This document shows positions 1 to 8,609 of a DNA stretch of 29,855 nucleotides, one piece after another (within the stretch, counting starts at the first letter, position 1; every line of letters begins with the position of its first letter). Below the pieces are notes generated by a model. That model saw nothing but the letters and a program-made list of their open reading frames with translations. It had not been told where the DNA came from and did not search any database. The stretch is from a virus (Duplodnaviria > Caudoviricetes): positions 1 through 29,855 of IMG/VR virus record IMGVR_UViG_3300016467_000162. One strand, written 5' to 3'. The position numbers and the translations under genes are program-made.

Positions 1-35
1 AGCAAATGATTTTAAATCAGATTGAGCAGTATTTA
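1..35. repeat. 35-bp terminal overlap, identical to 29821-29855 (circular assembly)
   Basis: agcaaatgattttaaatcagattgagcagtattta is present at both ends; the tape-measure reading frame continues across the join. Confidence 0.95.
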
Positions 36-96
36 ATTGGCTTTTTAAGCCTTTAATCTCTGCACTTAATTCAACTATTAATTTTTCATTTACCAT
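1..96 (-). CDS. Tape measure protein, 5' part (continues at 29820)
   Basis: ATG at 96 reads MVNEKLIVELSAEIKGLKSQLNTAQSDLKSFA and stays in frame across the junction into the 28312 ORF; overlaps the chaperone stop. Confidence 0.85.
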   Translation of the reverse strand, partial: MVNEKLIVELSAEIKGLKSQLNTAQSDLKSFA

Positions 97-409
97 TTTC
101 TTTCGGCTTTAATTTTTCCAAAATCGCTTCTTTATCTTTTTGAGTAGTAATGGTAATTTTTTTATTTAACCTACTTAAAATATCAGTCCATAAAGGTAAT
201 ATTTCTCTCGGCTTTTTTTGATGCTTTTTCTCAACTTGCGTATTTAAAACATAAGACATTAAAGTCCTTGTTCTATCCCACTCGTTTGCATCTTGTTTCC
301 TTTTATAAATAAAATATCTATAATAATCTACAAAAGTCATATCCCAAAAAATATGCGGCAACAAACCCAAGTCCATTACCGCACAATCCAAGATATCATC
401 CCAAGTTAC
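86..409 (-). CDS. Tail assembly chaperone, frameshifted C-terminal part (gpT-like)
   Basis: Lies between the chaperone and tape measure; -1 frame is open from the slippery A-run (VTWDDILDCAVMDLGLLPHIFWDMT). Confidence 0.8.
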   Translation of the reverse strand, partial: VTWDDILDCAVMDLGLLPHIFWDMTFVDYYRYFIYKRKQDANEWDRTRTLMSYVLNTQVEKKHQKKPREILPLWTDILSRLNKKITITTQKDKEAILEKLKPKENGK

Positions 410-777
410 TTTTTTTTTTCTCCTTGTTGCTCATTAGACATCGCTTTGAATGCTTTTATCATTTCCTGCGTAATCTTCAAACAACTTTCGGTAAAGCACT
501 TAATAACTTGTAATTGACCTTCATAACTTAAGTCATCTACCCATTCAACCACATCTTCATAAGTGAAGTCTATGATTAAACTTTTACCTCTGTAATATCC
601 AGTCAAACCTGAAAAGACTAAATCAGCTACCATTTGTAACTGACTATAATCTTCTCCTATTTCTTTAATATTACCGATATCACTACCACTAATCTTTGTA
701 TAAGTCTCTAACGCATAGTTAGAAAATTTCAATTGTTTTACTTCCCCATTTAGAGTAAGTTCAAGTATTCCGTTCAT
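406..777 (-). CDS. Tail assembly chaperone (gpG-like)
   Basis: Follows the tail-tube genes; ends GEKKK on GAA AAA AAA AAG TAA. Confidence 0.8.
   Translation of the reverse strand: MNGILELTLNGEVKQLKFSNYALETYTKISGSDIGNIKEIGEDYSQLQMVADLVFSGLTGYYRGKSLIIDFTYEDVVEWVDDLSYEGQLQVIKCFTESCLKITQEMIKAFKAMSNEQQGEKKK
409..420 (-). other. Programmed -1 frameshift slippery site (G-A10-G, contains A AAA AAG)
   Basis: Ten-T run at 410-419 directly before the stop; -1 frame joins the 86..391 ORF. Confidence 0.8.
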
Positions 778-794
778 AGTTTGTTTAGTTTAAT

Positions 795-1199
795 TTATGC
801 AATTGTAGCAAATGTAGGTGCGCCTGTTCCTGTAAACTCAATTGAGTAAGTAGTAACATCTTCCATAGGTGCTGAAACTTCGCAAGAAGAAATATAAGCA
901 GTTTGTGAAACCGATTTATCTCCTGTTGTCATATCAGTCCAAATAATAGCAACACTTGCTCTGTTATTGTATGCAGTGAAAATATCTGCTAAATCTTTGT
1001 TAGTAGCTTGAAAATCTGCAAGACCTTCTGCTGAGTAAGTAATATCTCTTAAACCTGGCATTACTTCTTTCCAACCTGCTGATTCTTTAGAAGTTGTTTC
1101 AAATAAGTCCTGATTCATAGACATTGTAACATTGGTTAATTCTGCTAATTGCGTTCCATCCATTTTTAAGATTTGCGCTGTGCCGTTGTAAACTGCCAT
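795..1199 (-). CDS. Major tail tube protein (TP901-1/Phage_tail_2-like), copy A
   Basis: ETTSKESAGWKEVMPGLR motif and C-terminal YSIEFTGTG; position before the chaperones. Confidence 0.85.
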   Translation of the reverse strand: MAVYNGTAQILKMDGTQLAELTNVTMSMNQDLFETTSKESAGWKEVMPGLRDITYSAEGLADFQATNKDLADIFTAYNNRASVAIIWTDMTTGDKSVSQTAYISSCEVSAPMEDVTTYSIEFTGTGAPTFATIA

Positions 1200-1220
1200 A
1201 TTATTTTATTTTAAAGTTAA

Positions 1221-1625
1221 TTAATCTGTAATTGTGTAAGTTCCTGTAAATGATACCGTATAAGATACCACATCTTCCATTGGTGCATTCACTTCAATGC
1301 TTTCTACATAAGCTAAGCCAGTATAATAAGCAGTCGCTAAAGTAGGAGAAGCAATTAAAATGTTTATAGGTGTTCTTGCATCGTAAGCAGCCATTAAAGT
1401 TGTAATACCTAAATCAGAAGCACCCTCAGCAAAATCTACCAAAGCATCAGCCGTAAAAGCAAAATCCCTTAAACCTGGCAATGAAACTGAATAACCTGCT
1501 GATTGTTTACAAGTAGCATCTATCATTGCATCGTTTAAAGTAACCGTTACTCCTCGTTGGCACATCAAAGGGAAATTTGAATCTGCATCATAAAGTAAAA
1601 TATCTGAACCGTTTAATACACTCAT
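1221..1625 (-). CDS. Tail tube protein paralog, copy B
   Basis: DATCKQSAGYSVSLPGLRD and APMEDVVSYTVSFTGT align with copy A; same length, 134 aa. Confidence 0.8.
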   Translation of the reverse strand: MSVLNGSDILLYDADSNFPLMCQRGVTVTLNDAMIDATCKQSAGYSVSLPGLRDFAFTADALVDFAEGASDLGITTLMAAYDARTPINILIASPTLATAYYTGLAYVESIEVNAPMEDVVSYTVSFTGTYTITD

Positions 1626-2068
1626 ATTCCTTGTTGTATTTTAAATGTAAATCTTATTAATCTTCTCACTAAAACTCCTGTGTCTATCAGTTGCTCAAGT
1701 GTATTTGTACTTTCCATTAGTGTTCTTATAACATACCAATCAGGCATTAAATCTAAATAACCATCTTGTCTTGTTCTAACTAATTCTATCACTTCGTTTG
1801 ATATTCTATCAGATAGTAATTTACCACCATAAGAGTTGTCAAACCTCGTTCCAACCTCAATTAAAACACTAACTTCTTGTCCGTAAGCCTGTTTACTACC
1901 TTCTAATAATTCCGTTGAACTAAAAGTAGAAAGTAAAATATATGGCTCTGTCGCTGCTGCTAAAACTGCTGCTGAATCATAAACAGGTACTTCTTGTAAG
2001 TCTATAACGATTGCACCGTTTAGCCTTTCGTAAAGTTTCCTTCTTATAAGTTCTCCGACATCTTTCAT
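1622..2068 (-). CDS. Tail terminator / tail completion protein
   Basis: VPVYD...PYILL pattern, size and position. Confidence 0.7.
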   Translation of the reverse strand: MKDVGELIRRKLYERLNGAIVIDLQEVPVYDSAAVLAAATEPYILLSTFSSTELLEGSKQAYGQEVSVLIEVGTRFDNSYGGKLLSDRISNEVIELVRTRQDGYLDLMPDWYVIRTLMESTNTLEQLIDTGVLVRRLIRFTFKIQQGI

Positions 2069-2072
2069 TGTA

Positions 2073-2080
2073 CAAATTTA
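2073..2080 (-). promoter_or_regulatory. Bacteroidota -7 promoter element TAAATTTG, 4 nt before ATG 2068
   Basis: Matches TAnnTTTG; intergenic; the 14 bp at 2071-2084 are identical to 10757-10770. Confidence 0.7.
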
Positions 2081-2084
2081 CGAT

Positions 2085-2504
2085 TTATTTGCTAATATTT
2101 TTAGCTATTTTTCTTATATCCCTTAAAAAGATTTTCTTATACTTAATAAACGCTGGAATTAAAAAAGGTTGAGCCTTCATAGTTCCCTTACCATTTACAT
2201 AAAACTGCATAGCATAAGCACTAAATCCTTCAGGAACGCTAACATTTATACCTGTACCAAATTCTACATAAGGAGCATAAGGAGCAGGAGTACCACCAAA
2301 AGCAACCGTTCCTGTTAATTGATTATCTGAATAAGATTGAATACCTGACCTTTCTAACTCTCCAAAATCTATTGGAACTGCACTTAAAGCATCTTTAAAA
2401 ATACCATCTGTATTCCTTACAACTGCCGATTTAACCGCCAACTCCGTATCTTTAGAAATAGACTTTAAACGATTTAATACCTGTGAAGTACCTTTGATTT
2501 TCAT
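2085..2504 (-). CDS. HK97 gp10-like neck/tail completion protein
   Basis: VPIDFGELERS, YAPYVEFGT and AQPFLIPA motifs. Confidence 0.85.
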   Translation of the reverse strand: MKIKGTSQVLNRLKSISKDTELAVKSAVVRNTDGIFKDALSAVPIDFGELERSGIQSYSDNQLTGTVAFGGTPAPYAPYVEFGTGINVSVPEGFSAYAMQFYVNGKGTMKAQPFLIPAFIKYKKIFLRDIRKIAKNISK

Positions 2505-2905
2505 TAGACAACAATATATTTATTATCTTCAGTCATTAAGAATTCATAAAACTCAGTAATTAAGAATGCAGTAGGGTCAATTAATCTACCTAAAGTAGTC
2601 ATAATAACGATTTCCTTCTTTCTTTCATCAATTACCTGGAATGCTTTAATAACATACTCTCCTGAATTGTAAACAATCTTATTTAATTGTGAAATATTAG
2701 GATAGTCATCATAGCGAATAGTAAACTCGTAGATATTATCTAAAGATATTTTACCATCTTCTAAATTTCTAAAGCCTTGCTTTGCTCTTACCTTTGCCCA
2801 TACTACTTTAGCATCTACATACATTCCAGTTGCACCACCTGTGCCATCTGAGCCTGTTTGTAAAGTCTGAATAGATATTTGATTCCTTAAGTTACCTGCT
2901 CTCAT
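2504..2905 (-). CDS. Head closure (head-tail joining) protein with C-terminal extension
   Basis: MRAGNLRNQISIQ, VWAKV, FTIRY (SPP1 gp16-like); extra tail FLITEFYEFLMTEDNKYIVV. Confidence 0.85.
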   Translation of the reverse strand: MRAGNLRNQISIQTLQTGSDGTGGATGMYVDAKVVWAKVRAKQGFRNLEDGKISLDNIYEFTIRYDDYPNISQLNKIVYNSGEYVIKAFQVIDERKKEIVIMTTLGRLIDPTAFLITEFYEFLMTEDNKYIVV

Positions 2906-3435
2906 TAAATTCCGAATATAGTGTTTCTACAATATGGCATAGCTTGTCTCCTTGCATCTGAACTTAACTCGTAAGCCATCTCGCCTACTACATAGTTTTC
3001 TCGGTTTTCGTAGTCAGTAGATACTTGTTTTAATATGGCTAATTTTAAGCCTTTAGGAGCAACTGCAAACCCTGCTTCATACTCTATTACCAAACCTTGT
3101 GTAGAATAAGCCTCAAGGACTTTATATTGCAATCCTCGTGCAGTATATTCTAAAGCCACATCATTATCATCAACTACCGAGTTTATCAAGGTAACTGGCC
3201 CATAAGGAATCTCTTGTGGAACGTGGTAATAAAACCAATAAGTTCTTAAAGTCTTTTCCCCTAAAGATAGCCCTGTAAACTTTTCAATCCTTTCCCTTGC
3301 TGAAGTAATAAGTTCTTCGATTAAATCGTTCTCCGAATCCGAAGAAATACGCATATAATCTTTAGCCTCTTGCAAGGTAACTGGCTCGGTTGTTAAATCC
3401 GTTAAAATCTCGATTTGAAATTCTGAGTTAATCAT
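2905..3435 (-). CDS. Head-tail adaptor (HK97 gp6-like)
   Basis: EPVTLQEAKDYMRI...LKLAILKQVSTDYENRE. Confidence 0.9.
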   Translation of the reverse strand: MINSEFQIEILTDLTTEPVTLQEAKDYMRISSDSENDLIEELITSARERIEKFTGLSLGEKTLRTYWFYYHVPQEIPYGPVTLINSVVDDNDVALEYTARGLQYKVLEAYSTQGLVIEYEAGFAVAPKGLKLAILKQVSTDYENRENYVVGEMAYELSSDARRQAMPYCRNTIFGI

Positions 3436-3683
3436 TATTCTGCTTTTTCTAAACCTAATTCGTTAATCACAATATCCGAAACATAACTATTGTCAGTTCC
3501 CCAGTTTGCAAATTGTTCTTCTGTTAAACTTAAATTACCTTCTGCTAATAGCTTACCATCTACATCACAAAGTTTGTAATAAGTAGAGCAAGAAATTGCT
3601 TGTACATCAAAAGGTAATACTAATACATCAATTTGAGTAATAGTGCCTAAAACACCTACACTACTCGGCTTTAATTGAATCAT
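3435..3683 (-). CDS. Small hypothetical protein, probably fibre-associated
   Basis: 82-aa ORF coupled to its neighbours, downstream of the fibre gene. Confidence 0.6.
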   Translation of the reverse strand: MIQLKPSSVGVLGTITQIDVLVLPFDVQAISCSTYYKLCDVDGKLLAEGNLSLTEEQFANWGTDNSYVSDIVINELGLEKAE

Positions 3684-3828
3684 CTTTTTTGTCTGTTAAA
3701 TTTAATACTTCTTTTAATTGGATTAATGCTTGTGCAATCGTTGCCGATTCATCTAAATTAAAGCACCCTTTAGTGTTTGCTATATTAAGTCCTTGACCCA
3801 AGATAGAATATATTTGTTCGTTGTTCAT
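3661..3828 (-). CDS. Hypothetical protein, 55 aa (not in ORF track)
   Basis: MNNEQIYSILGQGLNIANTKGCFNLDESATIAQALIQLKEVLNLTDKKDDSIKAE fills the gap; promoter motif 4 nt upstream. Confidence 0.7.
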   Translation of the reverse strand: MNNEQIYSILGQGLNIANTKGCFNLDESATIAQALIQLKEVLNLTDKKDDSIKAE

Positions 3829-3832
3829 AATT

Positions 3833-3840
3833 CAAATTTA
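3833..3840 (-). promoter_or_regulatory. -7 promoter element TAAATTTG, 4 nt before ATG 3828
   Basis: Matches TAnnTTTG immediately after the fibre stop codon. Confidence 0.6.
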
Positions 3841-6435
3841 CTAAACTATTTTTAAAGTTCCACCATCTGACCAAATATCTCCTGCACTTAATCCTGCACT
3901 TGAAGTTGGGATAGAAGAAATATTAATAGTATTAGATTTTATTGTCATTCTATCTGTATCATTTAATTGAAAAACACCAAATCCTGTTCCAGTACAATTT
4001 AAAGTAATATACGCATTTTGATTAGAACCGCTACTTTGCAATCTTAAATGAGCGTAAGAACTTGAATTTTGAATTTGAGCAGCGACACCAGCCCCATCTC
4101 TGACAATAAATAATGGATAACTTGGTGTTGTAGTTCCTACTAAAATATTAGTTGCGCTTACGCTTGAACTGAATGTCGCTGCACCTGTTGATTTAGCTAA
4201 TTTTAATACAATACTTGAAGTACCATAAGAATAGAAATTATAATCACTATCGTTTGCACCTAAAGGATTTGAACCTAAAAACCAATCATAAGTAGAGTTA
4301 GTCTGATAAATTAATGCGTTTGAATTTGTATTAGCAGTTCTATTTAATGATATATAAGTATTTGTACCACTTAAAGTTACGCTATTATTAAAGGTAGTTG
4401 CTCCACTCACTCTCGCAGTTCCGTTTACATCTAATTTGTATCCTGCATCTGTGGTTGTGCCGATTAGAACATTACCAATCCCAAAATAATATTTAGACGC
4501 ATCTATTTGAAAAGGAATATAAGCTGATGTGGCTCTATTATAAGCTGCTAAATTTACATTATAAGTTGCATCTGCACCTATTTCTAATCCTTGTGCGCCA
4601 CCATTTGATATAACTAATTTATTTAGTGGGTTTGTAGTTCCTATTCCGACATTACCTAAAGATGTGATGCGCATTCTTTCAGTACCATTTGTGCCAAACC
4701 ATAAAGCGTGATTAGTAGATGTACTTAAATTTAATTCGCTACCAAAAGATGTTAAACCACCTGTTGCCCCACCTGTATCTGTTAAAATAATATTAGCAGA
4801 ATCAGCACCTTCAATTTTAAATACTTTATTAGTTGCATTACCAATAGCAGTAGTCGTACCAAAACCAATAAATCCACTACCATTATCAAATATTTGGCTA
4901 TCCCCTAAAGCACTTGTTCCTGTAAACTTTGGTAAATAGTTTGTTGTGCCTGTGCCTGTTACAGGATTCGTTAAAGCTGCCTGATATTGTGGAATGTTTA
5001 AAACACCACCGCTATAAGTTGCAGCACCTGAAGTACCTGTTGTTGTTAAGCTAATAGCTGCTCTTGCTCTTGCATCTGTAAAGTAAAGGTTTGTACCTTC
5101 TGTTACTTGTGTTGTCGTGTAATCCCCTGAAGCAGCTACAACCGCACCTGTTCTACCAAATACCGAAGAAACCGCATCCGTATTAATATCAGTCCAAGAA
5201 GCAGTAACAGTTCCACCATCTTGTTGGTTTAAAGTTAAAGTTTTTGTTGTTGTTCCAGTAACCGCAGCACTAACAATAGAATCATTATAAGCCGTGTCCC
5301 AAGTAGCTTGTGAAGCCGTTGTAGGTATTCCGTAACCTGAAGTAGTTGATAAAACACCTGTTGTAGAATTATAATCTAATCCTGTTACGCTTTCGCTAAT
5401 AGCTGACCTTGAACGAGCGTTTGTAAAATATAAATTTGTACCCTCTGAAATATTAGTTGTTGTACCTGCTACCTTTGTCCATAAACCTGTTGATGTTACA
5501 AACTGAAGTATATCGCCATTTGAAGGACTTTGAGCAGAAACATTATGCAACTCATCTAATTCATAGCCGTTTTGAATGTTAACCTCGATTTGTCCTAAAG
5601 TTGGATGTGAACGAGTAACAATACCTACATACACTAAATGTGCAGGAGCATATTGTTTAGTCGAAGTAAAAGCACCAGCAACCGTAGAAGATAAATATAA
5701 TTGGTCTCCTTCAGCAAAAGCCGAAGTATCTACACCTGTTAAATCCCCAACAACAACCACATAACCATTAGCGTTATTAGCTAAATCAGATTGAATGAAT
5801 CCAAAGGTTTGAGCAGAAGTAGAATCCCCTGAAGCAATTGCTTTTGTTACCGTTGGCTTATTGCCTGTTGCACCACTAATATAAACAATCGTTCCTTTTG
5901 TTAAGGTTGCACCTGTTGTGTTTCTTACCTCTCTAATTAAAGTTCCATTAACCCAAGTAGCAGTAATTGTTCCAGCATCTTGTTGAGTTAAGGTTAAAGT
6001 ATTTGTACCACTACCTGTTACCGCAGCAGAGTTAATTTTATCGTTATAAGCAGTATCCCAATTAGCAGTATTATCTGTTAAATAAGAAATAGTACCAGCA
6101 GTAGATTTAACGATTCCTGTACCACTTAAAGTAGCCTGGAAATCAGCAGAAGATAAACCATCTAATAAATCAGCATTTAAGTTAGTTACTTTTGTAGTCG
6201 AAGCAACCGAAAAAGGAGCAGTACCAGTAGCAACCGTAGATGCTAATTGAGAAGTAAAGGTCTTAATACCTGCAACCGTTTGTGCGCCTGTTAAAAGAAC
6301 TGAATTACCTTGTGTGTAACTTCGTAGAATTGCAGCAGTTACCTTTTTAGTAACACCGTTATCCACTATCGGTAATACATCCGCATCTTGTACCGTTAAT
6401 AATGGATTTAATTCTGATATTTTAATATTAGCCAT
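3841..6435 (-). CDS. Long virion fibre / receptor-binding protein (864 aa)
   Basis: T/G/S/A-rich; N-terminal KISEL motif, GNVGIGTTNP and ERMRI beta-repeats, duplicated internal modules. Confidence 0.8.
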   Translation of the reverse strand: MANIKISELNPLLTVQDADVLPIVDNGVTKKVTAAILRSYTQGNSVLLTGAQTVAGIKTFTSQLASTVATGTAPFSVASTTKVTNLNADLLDGLSSADFQATLSGTGIVKSTAGTISYLTDNTANWDTAYNDKINSAAVTGSGTNTLTLTQQDAGTITATWVNGTLIREVRNTTGATLTKGTIVYISGATGNKPTVTKAIASGDSTSAQTFGFIQSDLANNANGYVVVVGDLTGVDTSAFAEGDQLYLSSTVAGAFTSTKQYAPAHLVYVGIVTRSHPTLGQIEVNIQNGYELDELHNVSAQSPSNGDILQFVTSTGLWTKVAGTTTNISEGTNLYFTNARSRSAISESVTGLDYNSTTGVLSTTSGYGIPTTASQATWDTAYNDSIVSAAVTGTTTKTLTLNQQDGGTVTASWTDINTDAVSSVFGRTGAVVAASGDYTTTQVTEGTNLYFTDARARAAISLTTTGTSGAATYSGGVLNIPQYQAALTNPVTGTGTTNYLPKFTGTSALGDSQIFDNGSGFIGFGTTTAIGNATNKVFKIEGADSANIILTDTGGATGGLTSFGSELNLSTSTNHALWFGTNGTERMRITSLGNVGIGTTNPLNKLVISNGGAQGLEIGADATYNVNLAAYNRATSAYIPFQIDASKYYFGIGNVLIGTTTDAGYKLDVNGTARVSGATTFNNSVTLSGTNTYISLNRTANTNSNALIYQTNSTYDWFLGSNPLGANDSDYNFYSYGTSSIVLKLAKSTGAATFSSSVSATNILVGTTTPSYPLFIVRDGAGVAAQIQNSSSYAHLRLQSSGSNQNAYITLNCTGTGFGVFQLNDTDRMTIKSNTINISSIPTSSAGLSAGDIWSDGGTLKIV

Positions 6436-6436
6436 A

Positions 6437-6610
6437 TTATTTCTTCTTTATTTTGCCTTTAAACTCTTTTGTAACGCCATCTTTTATAATTTCGGTAAAG
6501 TAGCCAACCTTGATAAATTCTTTCATCTTATCGCTTAAAATAAGGTCGTAGTGATTATTACGATAATACTTCCTGCCTTCGTGTGAGAAATCTACTTTGC
6601 ATTTATACAT
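6437..6610 (-). CDS. Small basic protein after the capsid gene, 57 aa (not in ORF track)
   Basis: MYKCKVDFSHEGRKYYRNNHYDLILSDKMKEFIKVGYFTEIIKDGVTKEFKGKIKKK; stop abuts the fibre ATG. Confidence 0.75.
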   Translation of the reverse strand: MYKCKVDFSHEGRKYYRNNHYDLILSDKMKEFIKVGYFTEIIKDGVTKEFKGKIKKK

Positions 6611-6612
6611 AC

Positions 6613-6639
6613 TACAAAGATACTAAGTTTTTTAGCAAT
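6613..6639 (-). promoter_or_regulatory. Promoter with TATCTTTG -7 element (6615-6622)
   Basis: 26/27 identical to 8610-8636; 4 nt before ATG 6610. Confidence 0.8.
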
Positions 6640-6673
6640 AAAAAAAGGGTAGATACAATTAAGCACCTACCCT
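6640..6673 (-). terminator. Intrinsic terminator after the major capsid gene
   Basis: AGGGUAGGUGC/GUAUCUACCCU stem followed by a U-run. Confidence 0.8.
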
Positions 6674-6695
6674 CTCTATTATTCTAAAGAACTAA

Positions 6696-7826
6696 TTAAA
6701 CATTCCCTAAATCAGCGTAAATCGCAGAAGTAGGCAACATAAGATTAATCGCTTCGTAGCACTCGATACGAGCAGTTACTAAGTTCTTGATGAAGTTGTC
6801 TCCAGACTCATAAGAGAAAGTAACATTTAATCCTTCAACTTCAACTCTTTCTAAGTAGTCTCTATCAAAGATTAATACTTTATCATCAGTTACCCAAGAA
6901 GCCTCGAATACAGGAACTCCGTAGATAGTTAATCCACCAACACCGTTAACGATAACCGCACCAGCACCAGCGTAGTAACCTTTACCGAAAGTAGCGATAA
7001 TTAATCTTGCCATTTGAGCAGGAGAAACTAAAGCATAAGAAGCGTTAAAGTTAGCAGTCTTTTGGTTTCCAATCAATTGGATGATTTCTTCTACATCGTT
7101 AGTAGCAGTTACGGTAGTTGAACCAGTAGCAGCACCTGAAACAGTTGAGAAGAAAGAAGCATTTTCAGCTTTGAAGAAGTCTCTAATCATCATACGAGTC
7201 AAAGTTTGCTCGATAAATGGTAAAGATTTCATCATTTGCTTAGAGAAAGTTGCGTAACCAGCGATATAAGCGTTTACAGTCTTAACTTCTGTTAAGTCGT
7301 AATCAATTTGACCTTTAGCTGCACCTTCAGTTTGAGCTGCGATAGCACCTTCTGAACCACTCTCTTTGTAAGTTACATAAGTACCAGTAGCACTTGAAAC
7401 TGTGTTAATCAAATCTCTGAAGTTTAATTTCTGAGAAGGTAAGATAGCTTGAATAGGGCTGTAAGTAGCAACTGAATCACCAGTTAAGTTAGCACCTAAA
7501 GTCATATTACCAACTGCTTTCAAGTTCATAGTGAATGAACCACCTGCTGATTTCAATTCTTTTTCAGCGATTGACATATTGTTGTCTAAACCTTCAGCTA
7601 ATTGCTCTCCGATAGATTTAGTTTCCATAGCTTTAGCAGCACTCTTACGAGATACTTCTTCTGCTTGTCTGTCTAATTCGTCTTTTACTGCTTTGATTTC
7701 AGCCTTAACTGCATCAATATTTTTTTCTACCATCGTAGAAACTTCGTTTTTTACGCTAACTAAAGCGTTTGCATTTGCATCAAACTTTGCGTTGATGTCA
7801 TTTGCTAAGTTTTTAATTTCTTCCAT
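6696..7826 (-). CDS. Major capsid protein, HK97 fold, with coiled-coil N-terminal (delta-like) domain
   Basis: Follows the prohead protease; EGAAKGQID and FIKNLVTARIECY motifs. Confidence 0.92.
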   Translation of the reverse strand: MEEIKNLANDINAKFDANANALVSVKNEVSTMVEKNIDAVKAEIKAVKDELDRQAEEVSRKSAAKAMETKSIGEQLAEGLDNNMSIAEKELKSAGGSFTMNLKAVGNMTLGANLTGDSVATYSPIQAILPSQKLNFRDLINTVSSATGTYVTYKESGSEGAIAAQTEGAAKGQIDYDLTEVKTVNAYIAGYATFSKQMMKSLPFIEQTLTRMMIRDFFKAENASFFSTVSGAATGSTTVTATNDVEEIIQLIGNQKTANFNASYALVSPAQMARLIIATFGKGYYAGAGAVIVNGVGGLTIYGVPVFEASWVTDDKVLIFDRDYLERVEVEGLNVTFSYESGDNFIKNLVTARIECYEAINLMLPTSAIYADLGNV

Positions 7827-7830
7827 TTTT

Positions 7831-8532
7831 TTAAAGATTTAAAAGTTGTCTAAATTGTTTTATTTCGTTTATCTTATTGTCCTCTTTCGGCTCTTGAACT
7901 GGTGTAGTGATTTTACTCGGCTCTTCAGTTTTCGCAAGTGAAACAAGTTTTAATAATTCAAATTCTATCAAACCGAATGTTTCATCAGTATAGCTACCAT
8001 TTTTAATAGCCTTTACTAAAGTTTTAATTCTGTCTTCTCTTTCTTCTGCTGACTTAAAGCCAGTAAAAGGTGTATTAGGGTTAGCGCCAAAAGTAACTGC
8101 TGAACCTTCCCAAAGTTTTACCTCAAAGATTTGCTCTACTTCTTCGCCTTCTGTTTGTGTTTCGATTGATTTGATTACTTGGTAACCAATAGAATGCTGA
8201 GTAATTACTCCATCTCTATAAAGTTTTAAAGCATCCTGTCCGTAAGTTGTATCGCTCATTTTAGCCTCAAAGTACAAACCAAAATTATCTTCTCTTAATA
8301 CCATTAACTTACCCAAAGGTTTGCAGGTATCGTGTTGCCACAAGTAAGCAATCTCAGGCTTTGATGAATCTGGACCTCTCTCTGCGATAGTCTTAGTAAA
8401 TGCACCTGGCATTATTACATCTCCGTCTAAGTCAATATTATTGAATTTAGAAAAGTAACCTGTTACTATTCCTGTTGCGACATCTAAGTCTTGAATAGTT
8501 GCATCGTAATTTTTGAAACTTATATTCTTCAT
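7831..8532 (-). CDS. Prohead maturation protease (HK97 family)
   Basis: GYFSKFNNIDLDGDVIMPGAF, LWQHD, HSIGY, LWEGSAVTFGANP. Confidence 0.93.
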   Translation of the reverse strand: MKNISFKNYDATIQDLDVATGIVTGYFSKFNNIDLDGDVIMPGAFTKTIAERGPDSSKPEIAYLWQHDTCKPLGKLMVLREDNFGLYFEAKMSDTTYGQDALKLYRDGVITQHSIGYQVIKSIETQTEGEEVEQIFEVKLWEGSAVTFGANPNTPFTGFKSAEEREDRIKTLVKAIKNGSYTDETFGLIEFELLKLVSLAKTEEPSKITTPVQEPKEDNKINEIKQFRQLLNL

Positions 8533-8554
8533 AAGCGATTATTTTAGAGTGTTT

Positions 8555-8584
8555 AAAAAAGAGTGAGTAGTTACCTACCCACCC
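8555..8584 (-). terminator. Intrinsic terminator-like hairpin
   Basis: GGGUGGGUAG-GUAA-CUACUCACUC (10 bp, two G-U pairs) followed by U6. Confidence 0.8.
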
Positions 8585-8607
8585 TAAAACCAAACACCAA
8601 ACTATGT
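8555..8607 (-). ncRNA. Candidate ~53-nt small RNA or attenuated leader
   Basis: Bounded by a TATCTTTG promoter and a GNRA-capped terminator; 5' arm is antisense to phage start-codon regions. Confidence 0.5.
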
Positions 8608-8609
8608 AG

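Noticed and set aside
3841-6435. Diversity-generating retroelement acting on the fibre
   Set aside because: No reverse transcriptase, and the internal repeats do not differ only at adenines
8586-8609. Plus-strand leader followed by ATG-TAG minigene
   Set aside because: No plus-strand promoter seen; promoter and terminator polarity are minus-strand, so it reads better as the complement of the antisense arm, though not fully excluded
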